Positions 58,091 to 64,000 of a stretch of 64,000 bases of DNA are shown piece after piece (position 1 is the stretch's first letter; the number at the start of each line of letters is the position of its first letter). The notes under the pieces were generated by a model that was not told where the DNA came from, did no database searches, and saw only the letters and a program-made list of their open reading frames with translations. The position numbers and the translations under genes were made by a program. The stretch comes from Candidatus Omnitrophota bacterium (lineage in GTDB: Bacteria; Omnitrophota; Omnitrophia; Omnitrophales; Aquincolibacteriaceae), in contig JACPXM010000040.1 in NCBI GenBank assembly GCA_016196545.1, positions 5,263-69,262 of the forward strand. The letters are read 5' to 3'.

Positions 58091-61000
58091 TTAAATCGTG
58101 GAGTTTGTTTTTATCATTTTCTTCAGCCTACGTTTTTTAACCAATGTCTCTTTATTATCTGTTTGGTACCGTCGTGCCAAGGCATCCCAAATAAGAGGTG
58201 TGCGATCAGATTCTTTCGCGATTTTCTGATCCGGAATAAGGTCGTCTAATCTCTGAGGCAAATGATTTTCAGATTCAATCCGTTCTGAATCATTTGCGGC
58301 CAAAGGAACGATGGATTCCTCCTCTGTTTTTGTGACAGCTATTTTATTTGGCAGAATCGCCGCATCCGTTGACCTTACCCAAGGGAGTGGAGCAGGTAGC
58401 GGTTCATTGATATCGGGAAAAGTTTGTAGAAGATTCGGCGTATTTTGCTCTTTCCATTCACTATAGAGGACAGGCTTTTCAAGAGACACATTTTCTCTTT
58501 GAGACAAAGCTTCAACCTTAACAGGCGAAGGAGAGGGGGTGTGATGCAAGGAACCATTTACTGAAACTTGATCCTCAAAAGCCCGAAGGACATTTCGGCC
58601 GCTCAAAAATGAAGCGGACAGAGCCGGTACACTGAATGCCGCAGAAGCAGGCAACCATTTCTCAATCCGCTCAGCAAAATCAACCGCTTTTAATGACGTT
58701 CGATCAATCGGCTTAAAAGGCTCAGGCCCAAAATGAGAATGGGAATGATGAGCTTCCGGAAATTCGACACCGATTGTGCCGCTAGAACCATTACTCCCCG
58801 AACTCGAAGCGCTATTTACGGACTCTCCGGCGAGAGGGACTAAACTGCCGAGGCCGCGGGTCATTTCTTCAAAAAACCGCATGAACTCATCGCGAAAACG
58901 CTCAAGTTTTTGATTCATTTCCAAGGAATCAATGGCCGCTTCTTCTTCATTGTCGACAGTTACAAAAGCGACTTTGAAATCCTTGGGGGCCTGAGAGGAA
59001 GAAGGATTTCTCATCCCCTCCAGAGCCGCAATTTCATCCAAAGTAATAACTCTTTTTGTTCCCAATACCTTGGTACCGTTCCCTAGATGATAGAGGCCTT
59101 CCCAACTGCCGTCCGAATTTTGAATTTCAACGTAAGGGCCTTCCGAATAAGGACGAATGCTTCGGCCGTCCTGAAGCCGGGGATTCTCAATCACAAAGGA
59201 AGCCCCAACTTGAGTTGGGTCAAGCAAGCCCATGGAGTAAAGATCCAAGTCATTATAAAGCATCGCATTTTCAGTCCTCTCGAAAGCTGCTTCATCGATA
59301 TAACTTTTGGCAAGCGTAAAGCTCCCATCGCCGTTATCGATCCAGTCATTACCGTCCATCGGAGAGAAATCGGCATCAAAGAAAACTCCCCAATGAGCCA
59401 GTCCCCTGCCGAGGATTCCCAATGGATTTCCGTCTTCGCTTGTAAGAAAACTTCCATAGCGATGCGACAACTCCTGGGTTAAGACATTTTGCCATAAAAG
59501 GCGATTGCGTTCCTGGGTAAAATCGGAAGATGCAAAACGAAAATCATCGCCGGAAGAAAGTCCTGCATCGAGGAAAACAATTCCTTCAAGCTCGCCCGCA
59601 CTGCCGGAACCAAATTCATCCCGAAAATCAACCAGTTCCTGGCCAAGGCCATTGACATCGTTAAAAGCGCCCAGATAAAAACTGCCATTATAATTATCAG
59701 ACGTAGAATCTTCAGCCGCAAGACTTAGGCGTTTAGCCGCACTGAGACTTGGAGCAAAGATGAGGAAATCATATTGATCCTGAAAACTCGATAGTAGTTT
59801 TTTTGATAATTCCAAGCCTATTCCAACCGCGCCTGATTGGGCCGCTTGTGAAAGTATGGCACCATCCAAATTCAATTGAAAAATCCCATTTGCCTCTTCA
59901 GCGGCAGGCACCGATGGCCTATTGCTTAATACAAGCGGCTGCCAATCTTCCAGAATCCTGTTTTCACTTGCATCCACAGCTCGAATTCTATATTCGTAGT
60001 CTTTCCCAGACGCTAGATCATTCACTAACAATGTTGTATTACGCGTTGACGGCACCGTGGATACAAATTGCAAAGCCCCGGAATCAAGTTCCCGGTAATC
60101 GGCCACAATTTCTTGCGGGATTTCATCGGTCATGATGGCGATGTTTGCAGACGTTGGGGTTCTTTCTATTACCTCATTTTTTAAAATCAAGGTCGAATCT
60201 CCATCAAAACTGTCCGAATAGAAAATCTTCCCGTAAGCCGACGTCACCGCATTACCGGAAAGATCCGTCGGGAATAAGTAGTAAGAATAAACGGAATCAG
60301 GTTTCAGATCCGGAATCAAAAGTCTTCCCGAGGCACCGGGAGCATAATAAAAATAATCCTCTCTCTCGCCGGTGAAATAGTCAATAACTGCAAGATCCAT
60401 CCATAACAAAGGTTCATCCGTTTGAAATTCAAGCACCGCCTGATCAATGTCAGCTGTAACTTCATCGACTTGGACGACAGGCTTTGTTTGATCCGCAGGA
60501 TTGGCTGTTTTAAAACTTCCCAGGAGCGGTGCCGGCTCATCAAATGGAACAGAGGAATAACCTACTACTTCGATTGTAAAATCATATTCTGTATTTGCCG
60601 TAAGACCGCTTATTTCAGCACTAAATCTTAGCCACCAAATACCATTTTCATCCTGATAAATATCAGAAAAAGTCTGCGTGATTGAATTGCCGCCATTTTT
60701 GGGTGTAACTGTGATTTTATATTCCTTCACGGCCGCAAAAGGAACATCCGGATCATAGACTCCGATTACAGCGGTTGTTGAAGTAATGTCTAACACTTGA
60801 CCCGCAAATTTCTCGGAAGATTCGATAAGCGGCGGGATGCCGGGACTCTCACCCGTTGTGATAAGGGCTCTTTTTTTCGATATCGAATGATGCGCCGCGG
60901 CACCCATGACCTCAATTTCATATTCATACTCCGTTCCCGCAAGAAGGCCCTCGACATCAAATACAATTTCTCCGGATAAAGGCCCTTCGAGTGTTACGGT

Positions 61001-63997
61001 TTTGTAAGCCGTACGACCCGTTTCATAAATTCTTAATTCTGCACGTGCAATTGTTTCAGAAACTGAGGCATGAATTTGCGCAGAATTTTCACTCATGTTT
61101 CCAACTTGAATATTTTCCACTCTTGCGAGCGGCGTAGATTCGGGCGCCATGATGCGTGTAAGGCGATTGAGCAAATCATAAGTAAAGGCCGTGGCGCCGC
61201 CAAGGGGCCCGGCAATGGAAGTGAGATTGCCCAACCGGTCATAGTCAAAAGCGGCTAAAATGTCATCGAGAGCATCCGATGGATTTCCAATCTCGCGCGT
61301 TTCAATCAATTGATCATTCGCGTTATATTGAAACTGCGTTTTGCGGTTGACGGCATCGGTAATTTCCGAAAGCCTGTCGCGGGAATCATAATCGTACTGT
61401 GTCTGGCCCGCAGCATTTTGTATGGATTTCACCCTTTGATTTACGGGATCATAGGTGAAGTTTATGAAGTGGTTCAGAGGATCTTTAATGGAAGAAAGCC
61501 GGTTTGTCGTATCTTGACTCCCGGTTGTTTTATAAAATTGCGGAGAACCATCAGCTCCGTTGAAACGCAGGAGAAGGGTCGTATTATTATCTGGGAAAAC
61601 TTCTTCTGGGGCTGGATTAAAATTAGACGTCCACCTTGCCACTCCATTTGAAATCCGGAAATCATCCATCCATCCTTTATAATATTGAGTCAATCCTTCC
61701 CAAAAAGATCCGATTTCAAAAATTCCCGCATAATTTTTCGTTCGAGCAGACGTGATTTGACTTCCCACTTCTGTGCCGTCCAAATAGATTTTCCAGGAAT
61801 CGCCATTTTCCACAAGCGCCACATGATGCCAAGCCTGATCTTGAATCACGACCGGCGTCGTGATTTCGACAACCGACATCCCACCCTCAATAACGCGAAA
61901 CCAGATTTTTCCATTGCTGATTCCCATCCTTGAATAATTCTGAGTATCGGTTTGCTGATTGTAGAGTGTTCCACTCTGGCTGTTGCCTCCCTCGGGCTTT
62001 ATCCAAAAATCCACAGTGTATTGCCCGCCCGAAAAATCGAAATCTTCGGAATCAGGCAGTGCGAGATAATCCGCATCTCCGTCAAGATAGAGGGAGGAGC
62101 CGCCAAACCGGAATTGCGTCGTATCGATTTGTGCCTGACCATGCGCCATCGCACCTGAATCAATCTCTGTAATGTCGGATTGCGTTTCATATGTCCTATC
62201 GGTTGATTTTCCCAAGGCATCGGTGCTTCTCGTAAGATTTCCCAAGGAATCGTAATCAAAGTTTGTGGAATGAAGATTCGCGTCTGTTACTGAAGACAGA
62301 TTTCCGTTTGCGTCATAGCCGAACTGCGTACGAAAGGGATAAACCCAGTAATTCGTTGGATTTCCATCAGCATCCCGTTCCGCATAAGCCGCTTGCCATA
62401 AATCGGTAAGATTACCAGCAACATCATATTCCATATAAGGACCGTAGCCGGTTCCGTCTTCGCGAAGAATGAGCCGCGCGTCTCCAAAGCCTGCGGAGTA
62501 ATCAAAATAAGTCGTATGGTTTAAAGCATTTGTTCTTGATGTCTGAAGACCCAAAGTATCATAAGTCATGCTTAGCGCGTTTCCGCGAGAATCCAAAATC
62601 TGAGTCGGACCATAATCCCCGCCATAAACAAAGTTCGTAAGATTTCCAAGCGCATCCTGAGATTCCGTAAGACGCAGCAGGGAATCATAAGTCAAGCGGC
62701 TTTGGGCGCCGCTTACCGGATCTGTTACCACAGTCTCCTGCGCAAGCAGATCCGGATTCATCTCACGGTAATTGCCTGCGGCATCGATTTGACTTGTCAA
62801 GCGCCCCATCAAATCATAAGCATTCACGAAAAGCACTTTGCCGGTGTGATCCATGGCGCTCAGTAAGCGATGCTCATTATCATAAACATAAGTGGTGGTT
62901 CGATTGGTCCAGCTTTCCGTTGAAGTCTCAAGATCCCCCGTATTAACATCATAGGCGTAGCTGATATTTTTGTTTTCAGGACCATTTACTGCGGAAACCC
63001 TTCCGGCAGCGTCATAAACGAGATTCAATGCCCTTTGAGAAGCAACATCCGATATGGAAATCAATTTACCCGCGGCATCATAACTATATTGAATCTGGTT
63101 TCCGTTTTGATCTTCCAAATTATCCAGCCTTCCATCTGACAAAAATTGGACTTTTTTGCGATCTTGATACCGAACCGTAAAGCTTCCTTCCGCATTCATC
63201 GTTAAATAGGTGCTCGTATCTTTCCCTTCCGGACGGTAAACCGGTGTGCCATCTGAAAAAAATCCGGTTAAAAACATGGTCTCAGTCATTTGATGGATGC
63301 GGTCAATGAAACGAAGACGCGGGAAAAGATCCCGAGTACTTCCGCTAAAAACATAGCTCTGACTTTTTTCCGTAGTTTCAATGGTATAAGGCGCAAACCG
63401 CCATCCAAAGCCAAGCTGGGTTTGAGAAGTATTAAAGGAATCATAAAATCTCAACCATGACAAATCAAAATCTCCGGCAGTTGAAAAACCAAGGTCTCTT
63501 TCTCTCCATGAAAAATTTCCATCCTTACGGGTCGGCGCAAAGGAAAAGGCTGAGGCATCATAAAGCGCGCTTCCTGAAGAAAAATTCCACTGCGTTTCCA
63601 AATCCGAGAGCCTTTCACCAAGAGAATTTGTCCGCAGTCCGGCAGCATTTTCTAAAGTGTCGGGGAGGTAAGTAAAATTCTCACTATTGATAAAATCCAT
63701 GGTAACGCCACCGATAATGCCCGTGGTATCGTTACTGTTTTGTCCGACGGGCGTTATTCGCGGAGTTGGATGCGCAACCAACGACGCTGTTGCCAGCCAA
63801 TTGAGATCCACGGGAATATTGTGATCTAAAATGAACTTTGCTAACGCTACTGCCCTCGCCGCTTTTTTAAGCTCCTCATAAATGGGGTATAGCTCCGCGA
63901 ACTGATCGTAATGCTCTGTGAAGAAGTCAGCAAATGCCTGTGCATCAGGGTCTACATTCCCATTTCCGGAATTTATTAATTCAGTGCGAAGTTCCAC
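58091..63997 (-). CDS. very large YD-repeat / LamG / FN3-like-repeat surface protein, N-terminus beyond window end
   Basis: The ORF is open to the window edge (more than 1968 aa). It contains YD repeats (YDAAGRV, YDSLGNLT...). The LamG_3 block is DSEDFDFSGGQYTVDFWIKP...WHHVALVENGDSW...KGWMDDFRISNGVARW. Four ~95-aa FN3-like repeats end in EYEYEIEV / EYDFTIEV / YSYYLFP / YEYRIRAV. The C-terminal domain has a QELSH motif. Confidence 0.85.
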   Translation of the reverse strand: MELRTELINSGNGNVDPDAQAFADFFTEHYDQFAELYPIYEELKKAARAVALAKFILDHNIPVDLNWLATASLVAHPTPRITPVGQNSNDTTGIIGGVTMDFINSENFTYLPDTLENAAGLRTNSLGERLSDLETQWNFSSGSALYDASAFSFAPTRKDGNFSWRERDLGFSTAGDFDLSWLRFYDSFNTSQTQLGFGWRFAPYTIETTEKSQSYVFSGSTRDLFPRLRFIDRIHQMTETMFLTGFFSDGTPVYRPEGKDTSTYLTMNAEGSFTVRYQDRKKVQFLSDGRLDNLEDQNGNQIQYSYDAAGKLISISDVASQRALNLVYDAAGRVSAVNGPENKNISYAYDVNTGDLETSTESWTNRTTTYVYDNEHRLLSAMDHTGKVLFVNAYDLMGRLTSQIDAAGNYREMNPDLLAQETVVTDPVSGAQSRLTYDSLLRLTESQDALGNLTNFVYGGDYGPTQILDSRGNALSMTYDTLGLQTSRTNALNHTTYFDYSAGFGDARLILREDGTGYGPYMEYDVAGNLTDLWQAAYAERDADGNPTNYWVYPFRTQFGYDANGNLSSVTDANLHSTNFDYDSLGNLTRSTDALGKSTDRTYETQSDITEIDSGAMAHGQAQIDTTQFRFGGSSLYLDGDADYLALPDSEDFDFSGGQYTVDFWIKPEGGNSQSGTLYNQQTDTQNYSRMGISNGKIWFRVIEGGMSVVEITTPVVIQDQAWHHVALVENGDSWKIYLDGTEVGSQITSARTKNYAGIFEIGSFWEGLTQYYKGWMDDFRISNGVARWTSNFNPAPEEVFPDNNTTLLLRFNGADGSPQFYKTTGSQDTTNRLSSIKDPLNHFINFTYDPVNQRVKSIQNAAGQTQYDYDSRDRLSEITDAVNRKTQFQYNANDQLIETREIGNPSDALDDILAAFDYDRLGNLTSIAGPLGGATAFTYDLLNRLTRIMAPESTPLARVENIQVGNMSENSAQIHASVSETIARAELRIYETGRTAYKTVTLEGPLSGEIVFDVEGLLAGTEYEYEIEVMGAAAHHSISKKRALITTGESPGIPPLIESSEKFAGQVLDITSTTAVIGVYDPDVPFAAVKEYKITVTPKNGGNSITQTFSDIYQDENGIWWLRFSAEISGLTANTEYDFTIEVVGYSSVPFDEPAPLLGSFKTANPADQTKPVVQVDEVTADIDQAVLEFQTDEPLLWMDLAVIDYFTGEREDYFYYAPGASGRLLIPDLKPDSVYSYYLFPTDLSGNAVTSAYGKIFYSDSFDGDSTLILKNEVIERTPTSANIAIMTDEIPQEIVADYRELDSGALQFVSTVPSTRNTTLLVNDLASGKDYEYRIRAVDASENRILEDWQPLVLSNRPSVPAAEEANGIFQLNLDGAILSQAAQSGAVGIGLELSKKLLSSFQDQYDFLIFAPSLSAAKRLSLAAEDSTSDNYNGSFYLGAFNDVNGLGQELVDFRDEFGSGSAGELEGIVFLDAGLSSGDDFRFASSDFTQERNRLLWQNVLTQELSHRYGSFLTSEDGNPLGILGRGLAHWGVFFDADFSPMDGNDWIDNGDGSFTLAKSYIDEAAFERTENAMLYNDLDLYSMGLLDPTQVGASFVIENPRLQDGRSIRPYSEGPYVEIQNSDGSWEGLYHLGNGTKVLGTKRVITLDEIAALEGMRNPSSSQAPKDFKVAFVTVDNEEEAAIDSLEMNQKLERFRDEFMRFFEEMTRGLGSLVPLAGESVNSASSSGSNGSSGTIGVEFPEAHHSHSHFGPEPFKPIDRTSLKAVDFAERIEKWLPASAAFSVPALSASFLSGRNVLRAFEDQVSVNGSLHHTPSPSPVKVEALSQRENVSLEKPVLYSEWKEQNTPNLLQTFPDINEPLPAPLPWVRSTDAAILPNKIAVTKTEEESIVPLAANDSERIESENHLPQRLDDLIPDQKIAKESDRTPLIWDALARRYQTDNKETLVKKRRLKKMIKTNSTI

Positions 63998-64000
63998 CGA

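Noticed and set aside
1-64000. Scan for rRNA, tRNA, tmRNA, CRISPR repeats, transposases, integrases, reverse transcriptase/DGR and known defence-system ATPase-nuclease pairs.
   Set aside because: No ORF or intergenic segment showed the corresponding motifs. The intergenic regions are short (mostly under 200 bp) and are accounted for by the hairpins, repeat arrays and the riboswitch described above. A by-eye scan can miss small RNAs.

Overview
This 64 kb window is densely coding, mostly on the minus strand, and comes from a bacterium I cannot identify. I found no rRNA, tRNA, CRISPR array, transposase or integrase. All calls rest on reading the ORF translations and intergenic DNA by eye; no searches were run, and domain boundaries are approximate.

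Gene content, in order:
- 1-10.3 kb: ordinary housekeeping genes (folK 5' end, dapL, three small or unknown ORFs, recO, ybeY, a 7TM-HD protein, phoH, aspS, hisS).
- 10.3-19 kb: a T2SS/T4P-like operon. Reading 5'->3' on the minus strand it runs HTH, C/PilP-like, secretin, F, two minor pseudopilins, K, L, M, E. There is no major pseudopilin and no prepilin peptidase in the window.
- 19-23.3 kb: a DUF4143-type AAA ATPase and a small sugar-modification cluster.
- 23.4-33.2 kb: a 2215-aa Tc-toxin BC-type (SpvB-propeller-RHS) protein with a glycine-zipper C-terminal domain and an abutting immunity-like gene. It is preceded by three secreted proteins, one carrying a LamG domain.
- 33.4-34.9 kb: an XRE-cupin regulator and a riboswitch-controlled LapG-like protease.
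- 34.9-43.7 kb: a single 2924-aa multi-enzyme fusion ORF.
- 43.8-49.4 kb: treT, an unknown gene, otsB, and two-component/XRE regulators.
- 49.6-57.2 kb: two paralogous 7TM sensor kinases, a response regulator, and an orphan TadE/TadE/TadG trio.
- 57.4-64 kb: two small membrane proteins and a truncated YD-repeat/LamG/FN3 protein of more than 1968 aa.

Most interesting observations:
1. A GC-rich 156-bp palindromic element sits in frame inside the leader peptide of a pseudopilin. A second hairpin element occupies the same position in the next pseudopilin.
2. A c-di-GMP-I (GEMM-I)-like aptamer abuts the start codon of a LapG-like transglutaminase-fold protease.
3. Arrays of GGGAGT repeats at about 14-bp spacing are shared by the upstream regions of the secretion operon, the RHS toxin gene and the ATPase.
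4. The 2924-aa fusion protein has module junctions marked by a recurring RSE[LIV]R motif.
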